Shown piece after piece: positions 10,661 to 24,750 of a stretch of 64,000 bases of DNA; position 1 is the stretch's first letter; every line of letters starts with the position of its first letter. Origin of the DNA: Octopus sinensis (lineage: Eukaryota); assembly GCF_006345805.1 (NCBI RefSeq), contig NC_042999.1, positions 80,538,001 to 80,602,000 of the forward strand, written 5' to 3'. The notes beneath the pieces were generated by a model, which did no database searches, was not told the DNA's origin, and was given only the letters and a program-made list of their open reading frames with translations. The translations under genes and the position numbers were made by a program.

Positions 10661-13022
10661 TCAAAGAGATTCGATGTTTTCACTACTCGCGCACTTTATT
10701 AATTAATTGATGGCTTCATTTAAAGCTACCCAATGTAGAAGTGCTAATGGTGAATTTAGCTTTCTTTTAATCATTGCAGGATTAATTTTCGCATGGAATA
10801 GTTTAGTTTTAAAATTAGTTTATTCCTTGGAACATAACAAATTCTCTCAATCTAACAGGGTAGTTAAACGACAAAAGCCGAAGTGAATCATGCAAAACTT
10901 TATTGCCATTAGAACTGTGGAAAATAATTTTCAAATGAATGTTGTGGCTTCTGTTTTGTCGCTGCACAAGCGGTAAAGAATTTTCGAAGTGATTTAGTGA
11001 CTCGTGGACACTTAACTATCACCTTCATCAAACTTGGTGTTACATGTATTCCAAATGATCTAATAAATTAAGTGTTCCTCGAAAGCAGCCAAACTGATTA
11101 CAGGTACAAGAGAACACAAGGAAAGAATCTCTGTACCTCGTTTTCCTAGGAGTAAATTTCTCGGAGTAAATTTACCAGCGACAAGTACTGAGAGTGGCAT
11201 ACAAGCGAGTTTGCTTATTAAAGCAAAATGCCTCGGCTAATACCGCTTTCATCTACTGGGTGTAATGCTACAACTAGTACCTAATCAAAGTATCCAGTGC
11301 TGTATCAATGCATTGGTGATTCATTCTCTCTCTCTCTCTCCCTCTCTCTTTATCTCTCTCTCTCTCTCTCTTTTCTGACGTAGCTTTTCGAATAGATATC
11401 TCTCCAGCCTTCAAGTATAGCGCTCTATGCGCGTAAATAAGTTTATGAAAATACCAGAAAACTTCCAGGAGGAAGATACTTCGTCAGGCCACTGTATGGT
11501 ATAGAGGACCATAACTTCTCACTGAACAAAATGTGTGTAGAGGGACCCCAACGAGATGGATAGACTTGCCATGCTTCAAACTCCAAACACACAGATATAT
11601 ATTTTAATTCCAGGCCCTGTATACCTTGAAGCAATGAAATTCAGGTGGTGTTCAAAATTGTAAATGCAATAGATTTCTAAAAACCATAAAACATGCTCCC
11701 TAGTAGTATGTGGATTAAATAGAAATGGCGATCTTTACAATGTAGTGTACCAAATATAATTTCCACCGATACAGGGAAGTATTTTCACTAAAAAGAAAAG
11801 GAAGTTTATTCAAGTAAAGACTAAGTGTGGACAAATTTCTGATCTGTGGAAATGCGTGTGGTATCAAAGGATGAGGTAGTCGGAAAGCGGGTGTAGCCAG
11901 ACGTGAGAAACTTTTGGCGACAATATTTTTTGATATCTGAAAGAAATTCAGAGAAATATCCTGTTTCAAGATTGTAAGGGTAAGTATCTTTTTTATTTCT
12001 TGTCGGGCAAAGCCACATACGAGGGAGTTATGAACTTTACATAAATTCCTGCCTTCAAAAAGTAACGTATCTTACAATTAAGGTGGCAGCAGTGTACCGA
12101 ATTTGTTTACAATATGACATGTGTTGAAATAGTCAGACAAATATATCAACATCGGGGCTTCTGACGAAGCAGAAAACGGCCACATATACAGCCGTCTTAA
12201 AATAGTTGCACATTCAATATAATACATTTAAATGGAGATAATAAAATAAATATTACGGGAATCATGTTAGCATTTACTCTGCAATACTTAACATGAAAAT
12301 ATCGTGTGAAATTTAGTGTATATGAAACAAAATATTGATACTTATTTTTTTTTAAACGTTTTTACTTTACCACCTTATCTAAGTACCATCCTAAGTTAAT
12401 TGTAAAACAATCTAGAGTTTAATTGAATCTTTCTCATCTTGTGTATTTAAATCGTGTCAATGTCAATATTTGTATTTATTTCTTCGAATTATATTCAAGA
12501 TATTTAAATCATTAGGAACAGCGATTGTTTACACAAGTAAAAAAAGGGCCGTTGTTTGCTTCTAATTCATAATACTGGGAGACGACTTTTCTAAATTTAA
12601 ATATGATAGAACCATTTAATATTCATTTCTAAGAAGACAAATTTCTTTTGCATTCAGAGTAAATTATCAACTGTTATTGGACAGGCGTCACATCAAAACT
12701 TTAAATTGCTTCCGGAGAGATTTCAAAATCTTTTTGCTTCATAAGACAAAATAGAAAGATTTCTGTTTATTTGATTCTTGCAAAATATAAAATGATATTA
12801 CAAAGAATATAACACAGGAACAAAGATAAGATTAAGTATTTAGGCAAAAAAAACAACAACAACCACAAACCAAAAAAGTAAAGAGCATGCACAAAATATA
12901 TACACATCCATCTACACAATGCTAAATAGACTTCATAAAATTCAACTAAGACGAATTCCACGAATGACGATAATTTCAGTTACATAAGCTATATTTATCC
13001 GGCGGGTGTGATGTAATGACAC

Positions 13023-13059
<37 letters not shown>

Positions 13060-13269
13060 CACACACGCATGTATATATATAATTAAAAATTAAAAGTATA
13101 AGAAGTATAAGATGAGCAGAGGGTTTTTAAGTTGTTAATGGTATTAAAATATATAAATTAGTTGCGCAGTTATATAGCCGTTTTATTTATTGTTTAAGTT
13201 TTAAACTTCTGAACTACATATCGATAGTAATGCTCACATTTGGTGCATTTCATGTCTGTCTTCCTTGTT

Positions 13270-13343
13270 ATATATGTATATATATGCATGTATGTAGGTA
13301 TGTATGTATATATATATATATATGTTTGTATATATTTTTATAC

Positions 13344-13385
<42 letters not shown>

Positions 13386-13459
13386 ATATATATATATACA
13401 TACATATATACATGCATATGCATTTATATACATACACACGCACACACAAACACACACAC

Positions 13460-13490
<31 letters not shown>
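13270..13490. repeat. AT-rich compound microsatellite
   Basis: Directly visible. Confidence 0.9.
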
Positions 13491-13491
<1 letters not shown>

Positions 13492-15859
13492 CTAATGTGC
13501 CTGTATATGTTAGTTTAGCGTGTGTATGTGTGAATGTATATACTCATCTCTTTATCTCTCAACATACCCTCACACGCATACGCACACATATTTTGTGTGT
13601 TATCCTCTTTGAATTTGGTTGCATCAACGCGGAATACACGACGCAAATGTAGAGTTTTAGATTCTTTCCTTTGAACATTGGCAATATGTTCGTTTCAACT
13701 GACAAGATATTGTCAAGCGGAAAGTATGTTAGAAGTTATTGTTTTGCTAGATTTAAGTAGAGCACCGCAAAAACTAAATGAATTCATTGTGACTAGTAAT
13801 CATAAACAATATTATAATGATGCGGATCAATAAATATAAAACGACCACAAACCAGACCTGAATAGAAAACGACGCATTAGATTGATTAACTGAGCTAAGT
13901 CGAATACAGAGGACATTACAAAGAAATAAACTGTTCCCAAAGACTAAATATAAAAAGTAACTTAATCTGTAGATTAACCCATTTATGATAATTGAGTGGT
14001 TTAGATATAACACTTAGTGATATGAATTAATGATAAGCCATGGGCTACGTAAAAATAGTTTTGATAAGGCCAGTTACTTTTCTCTCTAAAGGAAGCCATT
14101 TGTTATGTTCCATCAACTACCCATACTAATGACTGTAAAATATGATTTACTCTCCAAGTTAGAGAGAGTCTAGCAAATTACGATAAGTCATTCGGATAAT
14201 ACATCGCTAAAAATTCACTTTGATTTATGTAACGATGTTAGTAACTTGGCGTAGATAACGGGCCTGGTCGGGTTGCATATTGTCTGCAATATAGAATTAT
14301 GTCTAACACATAGGTCCGGACTATAGCAAGATAGTCTCGTTATTACAACAGGGAGAAACTCGCAGAATAATGACAGTAGTAGGAATAACTTCCACTAGTT
14401 TTTAGGGAGCTAATGTTATTAATTTCAACGATATAAAATCTTAGATAACTGTATATACTGCCATATAGAAAAGCAAAACAAATAATCCATTATGTGAGCA
14501 AATATGTCAACCATTACAAAATCCTAGTGAAAGCTAACTTTCTTTAGGATTTCTAGAATTTTGGCAAAAGAAAATATCTGATAAGGCTTCGAAACATGGT
14601 ATATAGAATTATAGGTTTTCGGTAGAAATAACAACTACCAAAGGGAAAAAGGAACAACACGAAAAACAAAAATAAATATGTGAAAGTAATCTGGTATAAT
14701 CCACCACACCAACCGTCGGTTGCTACAAATTTGTAGCAATATATGTCTTATTCATAAACACTTTCACATAAATAGAAATTGGGCAGAACTTTTAACCAAA
14801 ATAATGATGAAGTATTAACGTCCACTATCCATCACATATTAGTGAGCATAGTATTTTCATCTTAGCCAAAATGTGTAGTTGTAATAGTTGTATACCTAAT
14901 TATAGCGCATATCACTCCCGGTTCTGGCTTTATGAAAAATCATAATAAATTATTGAACGTGGTTAAGACAACAGTATAAAAATCATGGAATTTTGCTGTC
15001 ATACTTTAATTACTCTATTCTCACTCATTGTATATTTCTTTCCTTCGAAACAATGCTGGTCATGTTGCTACTATTATTTATCCGAATATATTTTTGGTTT
15101 TAGATAAACATTGGCAGCGTTGTATAATTGATTTTCTTTCGATATATAAATCAGGAAAAGTGTTGAGAGTGTCAGACCCTATATTTGTATATCGTATGAC
15201 CAATATAGATATTTCCCGACTAAACTACGCCTGAAGTGCCTGTTCTATACAATACATAAGTCCCTATTAGGTAGGTATGCCATTCAGATATGCGAATTTA
15301 AATTACATCGAGATCAGGCTGATTGCATAATGTTTCTATATATCCTGTAGGGGTTAAGTTGTCGTGAACCGCTATTGCCTATGCAACTATAACTAATTGC
15401 AATAAACTTTGAATGTTCTGTGATATCTGTGGTTTGTAAGAAAATATGGTCGCAATAGATAAAACATATCTATTTTCATATTAACAGTTATTGTTACAGT
15501 TAGGAATATTTTGGCTTAATATACTTTAAATTACCTTCTTTCGCATTCGGTTCGCCTCTTGCCTACCTTGTATATACAACATAAGCACATTATCCGTATA
15601 TAATTCTATATTGATTTATAATTGCTCCTATGTTGATTCTGAGTGTATGTAGGATATGCATACGAAAGATATTGCTATCGACGTTCGTACCATACTTCCA
15701 CAGAAAGTTTGTAAAGTAACTTATCCTGTATCTTCACCAAATATGAAACGCCATGACATAACAGCAATACCGCAAAGTGTATGATTATAGAAATATCCGA
15801 CTGTGCAATAGTAGTAAGTGTGGAGAGAGAAGGAGAGAAAGAGAGAAAGAAAGTGAGTC

Positions 15860-16060
15860 TTTGTGTCTGTCTTCCAGCTGCTTGATAACCGATGTTGGTC
15901 TGTTTACATCCCCATAAATTGCGGTTCGGCAAGAGGCAGATACAATTATCTTGAAGCTTAAAATAAGAACCGAGGTCGATTTATTCTACTAAAAGTCTTC
16001 AAAGTAATGCCCCAGCACGGGAGCAGTCCAATAACCGAAACAAAGGATAAAAGGTAGAAG
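15860..16060 (+). mobile_element. SINE group 1, 3' half
   Basis: GCTTGATAACCGATGTTGGTCTGTTTACATCCCC...GAGGTCGATTTATTC...CCCCAGCACGG matches the group-1 3' half. Confidence 0.7.
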
Positions 16061-16129
16061 TTGTATTTGCTGATAATTTATCTATTGATTTTTTTATAAA
16101 CCTGTAATTATGTTTGTAGTGAGATATGG

Positions 16130-16230
16130 CTCACAAGGCTTCTGTCAGCCCGAGGTTATAGTAGAAGACACTTGTCCACGGTGCCTCGCAGTGGGATTGA
16201 ACCCAGGTACTTACTACACAGCCACTCCTA
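16130..16230 (-). mobile_element. SINE group 1, 5' fragment
   Basis: CTCACAAGGC...TATAGTAGAAGACACTTG...GCAGTGGGATTGAACCC...CACAGCCACTCC. Confidence 0.75.
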
Positions 16231-16289
16231 TGTCTATATATATAAAAAGTATGGAGAGATAAAATGCTTGTACCTGGACACAATATAAA

Positions 16290-17495
16290 AAGCAGGTTCT
16301 ATCTCTGATCTTGGGGAAACCAAAAACGTAACAAATATTTAGCCATATACGGGCATGATCCAAAAGTTCCAGTTCTTGAATTTAGACTTGTAGCGGAGTC
16401 TAAGCTGCTTTTCCAGATGAGCCATCTTTCCATTTCACAGAGACTGCACTTACCACTGCCATTGTGTAAGGCTTGCACTTGGCTAAGGTCTTCCAATGGA
16501 TGTTATAACTGGCACCTTTATCTTTTAAGAACCATATATGACATAATTTGGTCGTTTTCCTTTTATCCCGGTGCCTGAAGCTCAAGGTGTGAACTTGGCC
16601 TTAAATTTCCTTCTTAAAATTAAAAAGGTCCACATATTTCTTTGTCGAAACTGTGTCCTTAGTGGATGTAGTGTCTACGGTGGTGTCATAAATGATGGCC
16701 TTAGACATGCAAGCTCCACTTAGTGGGCAGACATTTTTATCCCTGCATGAACAGCTGATTTCATTTTGTGGTTTTTGTGTGTTGTATGCGATTATATTTT
16801 TAAAATTAATAGTTGAGCTGAAACTGATTTTTTAAAGTTATGTCTATTAAAGAGCTTTCTGTAACTATGATTGACATGAAAATGTCTATCTATCTGTGAT
16901 AAAAAAATACTTACCTATATTATTGGTCACTTGGGGGGAGTATGTGGTGTGAACCAGATAGTTTTCCTATTCCTATGTTTGCTTTTCTTTATTATTAGAC
17001 TGGTAACAGGTGTATAGGTTATTTCCTCGCTAAATCTTTTAGAGCATTATTATACACTGGGGCAACGCTATTAATATTGTCCCTATCGGAGATGCTAGTC
17101 CCTATCGGAGATGCTAGAAATTCTTTTGCTTATGGTTTTAACTAAATTTTTAAACAATATAGGGTGATGGCAGGAACCTAATTTAATATAACTAAGTCTA
17201 TATTTGGGCTACCTATTTGGGTTTATAAATATTCTTATTTAGATCTAAGCATACAACTAGGAATTTGACAACCGTCAGATTGGTATCTGTAGTTATGCTA
17301 AGACCGAAAGATTTCATCATCTGGATAATGTCCTTCCTAAACCGATCTTGTGCTGCTCTATTGGTATTTATGCTTAAAGTTAGGGCATCATCTTTGTAAA
17401 TGGCGAAATATACAGCAGGAAAAGTTTTCCCCAACGTATCGAATAGGAATAGTCCAATGAGATCGCATATGCCCCGACATCCGAAACTCGGAGTC
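16290..17495 (-). mobile_element. Decayed Penelope-like retroelement (RT plus GIY-YIG endonuclease)
   Basis: SFG..ICDLIGLF..AIYKDDAL...TNLTVVKFL; RKTIWFTP..IGKYF; CSCRDKNVCPLSG; SFRH; WKTLAKCKPY..GKCSLCEMER..LNSR. Confidence 0.85.
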
Positions 17496-18349
17496 TTATT
17501 ATGGCAACAGAATAATTGTTACATATTATATTACATATATATGTACATATATTTATATTCATGCACTGTTTTATAATTTACGAATTCCTAATTGAAAAAT
17601 GTTGAATCATACAAGGATCTGATGTCAAAGAAGGAACCACTTTTAACAAACAAGTAAAACATATCATTAGTAGCGAGATTATTGTTTGAAATGTTGGGTG
17701 CATAGTCTCCAATTATTGTGAGATACATTAATTGTATTTAGTTCAACAATGTGATTCCTATGTAGCACAGTATCTGACTAGCATCCTTAGAAATAAACTA
17801 AGCAACACAACGAAAAGTAACGTACTTATGTAGGTTGAAATAACCGCACATATTTAATGAAAAATGTATTGTTTTGAAGATGTCAGACAAACGGTGCTAT
17901 CGGTAAAATAGTTACAGGAATTAAGACAAATAGGTAGTGGTGTCTGTAAGAACATGAAAAGCAACAGTGTGAAAAATACTAACTGAAAGTTCTGCTTACG
18001 ATTTGGCTTCAACTTACCTGACAAACATAGCTATTTGAACGTCAACAAGAAATAAAGTACAACACCAAATATATAACAAAATTGATTGTAATTGTAAATG
18101 ATGGTTTTCAGATGCTGATATATCACGTAGAGACGGAAAGGTCTTAACCTAATTTAATTGAAATTGTTGTTAGCTTGAGTGGTGTTACTTTTTCCTTTCT
18201 TACTCTAGATATTGATTGCAGAGCACAATGGTCATTTAAGTAGAAGCCTGTGGAGGATTTTATTGAAGATACGTCGTCTGGCTCACAGGCACTCATCACT
18301 TCCATTTCTCAGACGTCTCAATGTCTATAAATGTAATGACGCCAATTAC

Positions 18350-18363
18350 ATACATACATACAT

Positions 18364-18426
<63 letters not shown>

Positions 18427-18467
18427 TATATGCATATGTATATATGTACACATACATAGATACATAG

Positions 18468-18522
<55 letters not shown>

Positions 18523-18590
18523 GCTTATATACATACATGCACACACGCACACATACAAATACAGGCAAGCATGCGCGCGCACACGCACAC
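18350..18590. repeat. (ATAC)n/(AT)n compound microsatellite
   Basis: Directly visible. Confidence 0.9.
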
Positions 18591-18904
18591 ACATTGGTGT
18601 GTACACTCAAACTCATTTACTTTTAAATTTTGTCTTTGTATGGAAATGTCATTTTGTTATTTCCGATTTGTGTGGTGGCTATACGTTTATGTGTTGATAA
18701 TTTGTTTATGGAAAGGCATATAGTTGTTTTGAAGGGATATCTAAAATATTATATTATATACAGACTAAAATGATACAAGCATTTTTGTTCGATTAGAATA
18801 TTATGTTTCCCAAGTATTACACCATCAGTGATTCTACCGAGAACGGTTTATTTGGATCGGGGGAACAGTAGAATGCTTACCACAGTAAAATATACGAATT
18901 TGTG

Positions 18905-19190
18905 TGAAAGCGCGTGGATTTGTGATTAGGACATTCGGCTCTCGATCGTAAAATCGTGAATTCAATTCCCGGCGACGCGTTATGTCCTTGAGCAAGACAA
19001 TTTATTTCACGTTGCTCCAGTCTGCTCAGCTGGCAAATATGAGTAGTACCTGTATTTCAAAGGTACTACATTTAGTGTCATGCTGAATTTCTCTGAGAAC
19101 TACGTTTAGGGTACCCGTTAATGTCGCGAGCAAGCTGTTCTGCTGATCGTATCAGCAGGGACACTCGTCGCTGTAAACGGCAGTGCTCCT
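18905..19190 (+). mobile_element. tRNA-derived SINE, group 2
   Basis: GTGAATTCAATTCCCGG (B-box-like) followed by CCTTGAGCAAGACAATTTATTTCACGTTGCTCCAGTCTGCTCAGCTGG. Confidence 0.75.
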
Positions 19191-20029
19191 TTATCTCACC
19201 AGAGTCATTGATTGTGTCAGCGTTATAAAGGCACACAAAATCATAGACAAACTCAGGCACCAATTCAGACAAAAAAAAAAAACTCAGCACAAAGTTGGAT
19301 TCAATAATTTAGCTCGGCCGAGCCAATTGACAGTCATTCAGGAGTATTTCCAACGTTCAAAAGAAATCTGTCCGTGACAGCAGATGAACGAGACAAACGT
19401 CAAATATAGGTGGATAAAAACACGTAACGGGAGGTTGACCGTCTGATTGGTGTATTTTACAAGAATGTGCGCTGAACGTAAACTTTCATTCTGAGTGGGC
19501 ATTGAGTCAGTCCACTCTTCAACCATTATTATAATCCTAATCACTTTTCTCATAGATATATTCCATGCCTTTTATCGTAAGGCTAAGGTTAGAGGGGCAT
19601 ATTTATCACAATAACGCGTTTTCGTTCATTTGACCAACGTTCAATAGAAAATTGAAGAAGAAATTCATAGAAAATTACAATTTTCATTTGCATTATTCTG
19701 TTCCGATGCTCGAACAGAAATCTGGAAAATCGAGACGTTTCGTAAATATCAAAGGAAATACATACTTCCATCTATTCATCCATCTATATGTCAACCATCC
19801 ATCCACTCATACATACATATACATACACACATACACAGACACATGTACAACCACACGCACACACACACGCGCGCGCATATGAGTAGATAGATATCGTTGC
19901 TATTATGCAAAAGGGTGTAAGTCCTAGACATTGCTTTTCCAGAAAATGAAAAAAAACCTTTGTATAAATTTTATTATCTTGGTATCTGAAGCAGCTGGAG
20001 ATACGAATAGTTTGACCTAAAGAACTGGC

Positions 20030-21830
20030 TATTGCAGGCACAAATAAATATTAAAAAAAACCGCATTTGGCTAAATTTGGACATACGAGAGTTTAAGGTA
20101 ATAGCAACAATATACACGAGATATATATGCCTACATACATACATACATACATACATACATACATACATACATACATACATTTCGCAAACTTTTCTAAATT
20201 CACTGGTCAGAAATTGTGTTCCATTATCAGATGGAATCAGGTCTGGAATACCAAATCTTGCGATTAATTTGTGCAAAGAATTTATCTCCGTTTCGGAGGT
20301 TTGTCTTTTGTATCTAACAATTTCTGGCCATTTTGTAAAACTGATAACTACTACTAAATAGTAATAGCTATTTAACAAACCGGCAAAATCGATATGTAGT
20401 CTTGACCATGCATTTTTTACTTCTGGCCAAGACTCCCATTTTTGAGTAGGCAATTTCTCAGCCAGAGCACATCCTCTACAGTCTTTTACTTCATTTTCAA
20501 CTCCCTTGTCCATTTTCGGTCAATACACTTAACTGCGCATATCCGGTTTCACCCTTGCAATCCCTGGATGTCCAATATGGAATTCTTTCAGCATTCTTTT
20601 GTGTGAAGTCTCAAGTATCACTACCCTTTGGCCATACATCAGTACGCCGTCGCATGTTGCTGTTTTTTTCTTACCGAACCTATTTTCATTTTTTTTTATC
20701 TGTCCACAGAGTCTTTTCTGATGAACTTATCTTTTGACGCGTGTCGCGTTATCGCCTCTAGAATTATTGGTAATTCTCGTACAATGGTCCACATTATGTA
20801 TTTGATTTCCCCTTCTTAGGACTGCTATTACTGTGTTCTCAAATGGTTAGCAATATCTGGGTATTAACATGGATAGGATGTCAGCATCTCCTAGTTTTTT
20901 GAAAGAAGATAAATATTTCATTGCATAATTGTAGTTTACTTGTATGGTGCCCCACTGCTGCAACTTGTTTGCTGTGTATACTGGAATTCCTATCTTGGAT
21001 CCATAAATCGTAAGCAATCGGCGATGGTTTGTTTGTTGTCTAAACCGTCTACCATGTATAAACCTTTGGTACATATTTATGCCAAAGATAATTGAATGCC
21101 TCTTTTTCAATTTGGATAGGATATTTTATCCGCTGGCGACAGCGTCCTTGGCTGCCATCTTCACATTTTTGTAGGAGTAAAGCACCTACACCGTACTCGA
21201 AAACATATGTTGTCAGTATTGTTTCCAAATTTTGATCGGAATTTGTAAGAGACAAGCCTGAACTTAACATGATTTTTTTAGTTCCTCAAATGCCTCAAAT
21301 CATTTGGCATCCTTTTTTAACAGCTCCTTTAGTGGAGCCCTTGTGTTGTGTGTGTTCGGGATATATACTCGATAGTATTTTACCAGGCCTAAAAGTGCTT
21401 GTAAGAATTTGACGTTCTTTGGGGGTGGTATATTCCGTATTGCTGTCACCATTGACATTTAGATCTCTTGATCTAAATATTTGATTTTTTTCATCAGAAA
21501 CTCACACTTTCCTCCTGTTACGTCTAAACTCGTATTCATTTATTTTCCTGAATACTTTTATAATATGTTCGAAGTGTTGCTCCACTGATTGCTCTTTATC
21601 AAAATATAATCGAGATAAGCCGTAGCGAAGTTGCAATCATTTAACATTGCGTTCATCACTTGCTGGATTATGGCAGGTGCCACTTTTACTCCAAAAGGAA
21701 GCTGCTCTGGGAGACTATTTCCCCAGCAATACGACCTAACCGATCACAACGCTGCTCTCCAGTTTCCCTTTTTGCGCTGAAGTCATTCGAAGTGCATTCA
21801 GAGAGTTCACATACCAGACAGACAACTTGC
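20030..21830 (-). mobile_element. Decayed Ty3/Gypsy pol (RT-RNaseH-integrase)
   Basis: LPFGVKVAPAIIQQVM, AYLDYIL, YGVGALLLQ, FIHGRRF..TNHRRLLTIYG, FHIGHPGI, WSRLHIDFAG...RFGIPDLIPSDNGTQF. Interrupted by (ATAC)n at about 20131-20180. Confidence 0.9.
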
Positions 21831-21874
21831 CTTTTGAGACATATACACACACACATACACACATATATATATGT

Positions 21875-22276
21875 GCAGGAGTAGCTGTGTGGTAAGTAGC
21901 TTGCTAACCAACCACATGGTTCCGGGTTCAGTCCCACTGCGTGGCATCTTGGACAAGTGTCTTCTGCTATAGCCCCGGGCCGACCAATGCCTTGTGAGTG
22001 GATTTGGTAGACGGAAACTGAAAGAAGCCTGTCGTATATATGTATATATATATACAAGTGTGTGTGTATATATGTTTATGTGTCTGTGTTTGTCCCCCTA
22101 GCATTGCTTGACAACCGATGCTGGTGTGTTTAAGTCCCCGTCACTTAGCAGTTTGGCAAAAGAGACCGATAGAATAAGTACTGGGCTTACAAAGAATAAG
22201 TCCCGGGATCGAGTTGCTCGACTAAAGGCGGTGCTCCAGCATGGCCGCAGTCAAATGACTGAAACAAGTAAAAGAG
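21875..22276 (+). mobile_element. Full-length SINE, group 1
   Basis: Aligns by eye over its whole length with the reverse complement of 1108-1506. Confidence 0.9.
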
Positions 22277-22360
22277 CAAAAAATAGTATATATAGGTGGT
22301 GCTATTAAGTTGGACATGGCCTGGACCAATCATTGGTCGAAACACATCTAAGTTTATCTA

Positions 22361-22437
<77 letters not shown>

Positions 22438-22445
22438 TATGCATA

Positions 22446-22642
22446 TATATTCATTTATGGGTTTCGGCGGTTGGACGGCAGGTGTATCGCAGCTTATATT
22501 ATTAATAATTATAATTATTATTTAAAAGAGTTTTATTCGGTTCCTTGTGACTTAATGTTTCTGAGGCTTTCTACAGAAACATAGGTCATTCATACAGTGT
22601 AGATGCAGAGCTGAGTGGTTTGTATTTTTTCTCCATTGCATG

Positions 22643-22706
<64 letters not shown>

Positions 22707-22908
22707 ATATACATGCATAGACACACGCACACATATATACATGAAGGTACGTAGTAAACATGCAAACATATCAAATTACTCGATCTCTCCATAGAAACTT
22801 TAAGTCACAAGAAACCGAATCAAACTCTTTAAATAATAATTATGATTATTAATATTCTAAGCTGCGACATGGCTGATGTCTAACGGTTGAAAGCCATAAA
22901 GGAATATA
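22446..22908. mobile_element. Fold-back/MITE-like element with about 115-bp imperfect TIRs
   Basis: 22446-22560 aligns with the reverse complement of about 22795-22908 (TTTATGG..TCGCAGCTTA..TAATTATTATTTAAA..TTCGGTT.CTTGTGACTTAA). It sits in TA repeats and has no coding interior. Confidence 0.75.
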
Positions 22909-22911
22909 TCT

Positions 22912-22942
<31 letters not shown>

Positions 22943-23547
22943 GATATATATAAATATATAGATAAATAGATAGATAAAGAAGGAGAGATAGATAGAAAGA
23001 TATATCGATAGGGAAAGATGCATCATCTTTGTTTATATGCACATCAGATCTAGTATTTCCAAAATTTAAAAATTTCTCTGGATTTTCGAATTTGTAGACT
23101 ATAAGTGCTTACCACTTTATTTAATATTAGATACCTGTCTTTGACATGTTCGTCGATATGACTACTTATAGGAATCTTTCATTATTTATCAAACTTCCCG
23201 AATTCTAAGGAAATCCACTAATTTTACTTAGCGGCGCATACCCAAATTCTTCATCGTGCATATCGAAACCTGACAAATTCTGAAGATTCGTGTTATTGTT
23301 GTATGTATATTTATATCCCAAACGAGAAATCACATACGAGTGTTTCAATGTGATCTTTACTGTCTAACATAATTATATATGATATTAAATATTCAACGAT
23401 TCGATAATAAATATCGCATTTCACAGTGATCCTTGCAAATGTTACACAACAGTATAATACTTTATCTGCTCGATATTAAATAGCTAAGAAATTATTTGCC
23501 AACGCTTTGTTATAGATGTTGAAGAAGTATTATATATTCACTGTATG

Positions 23548-23632
<85 letters not shown>

Positions 23633-24118
23633 CGTGTGTGTGTGCGTGCATGTGTGTGTGCATATACACACATATATTAACCGGAATATATACGTAGCGT
23701 GAATTTCATAAGGGATAATTGCAAGTATTATGTGAGTGTGTATGTATGTGCGCATTTGTATAAGTGATGTACGTGTATTTTCTATCTGTATACAAATAGG
23801 TTGTGTGTGTTTATAAATTTGCTTCAAATTACCTATGCCTTGCTTTGTATGTGTAAGAAAAATATCGAATTATCAAGATACGAAGAGTGAGTTGATACCT
23901 TATGGCTAGAACCTAAATAGATATTAAGTAGATTAGAAATACGTTTTCTATGAATACTCAGATAATAAATATATGGATGGAAGCTGAGAGTAGAGAGCAA
24001 TACGATAAGTAAGTGACATAAAACGATATGAAAGAGATTAGTTTGGACACACGCACACAAAAACGCATACACACATACACACAGATACATGCATACACAC
24101 ACACACACACACATACAC

Positions 24119-24150
<32 letters not shown>

Positions 24151-24529
24151 TATATATATTGATGTGTGTGTGTATATATGAATGTATGTAAGTATGTATA
24201 TTTGTAGTTATATAAACGTTTTTTGTCTGAATGGTTTCTAAATGTTAGTGGATTCTTCAGTCGCGAGATCATTTTCCAAACTCATTTTTGGTTGATTGTT
24301 TTTCGTACAGGGCATATGTTTATTTCTCTCTCGAAGAGAAGATAATTTCAATAAATGAGTAATTAGCATTGTGTATTGTGTGATATAATTTTATTGTCCA
24401 TACTATTTATTTTCCACGCAACAGAGAATAATGTGCTATTACTATTTACCCATTTTCATTTAATTAAAATCATTCACCATATCTTAAATCTTTGGTACTC
24501 ATTCTACATATGTCAAATTATTTCGATTG

Positions 24530-24750
24530 CTGAGGTCCAGCTGCGAAAACCATCGAGATAATGACGCTTATTGAAGCAGAGATATGTGTCCACAGTTATT
24601 GCCTTGTATTCCAGACATCGCACTGTCTTATCCTTCCAGGCTTGTCAGCTTTGGAGAACTTATTGATTCTTGTGATTATCTCTTCATGTCATTTCGAGTT
24701 GATCACATTCGCCCCAGAACCGTTTGTCTAATCGTACATTGAAGGGAAGA
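24530..24750 (-). mobile_element. Decayed RTE-like LINE fragment
   Basis: LGANV..HEEIITRINKFSKA..GRIRQCDVWNTRQ (compare YLGS..EIxxRIxKASxAFGRL..VW). Confidence 0.5.

Noticed and set aside
11450-12200. Possible hAT or mariner fragments (GTPTRW, KLLATIFFD, TACGAGGG)
   Set aside because: The motifs are short, in inconsistent order, and lack a matching second TIR.
14300-14950. Possible very old Tc1 relic (KIVSLLQQG, FNQNND)
   Set aside because: Weak similarity and no TIRs found.
21875-21945. tRNA gene
   Set aside because: The A/B-box-like head continues into the SINE body; no complete cloverleaf is evident anywhere in the window.
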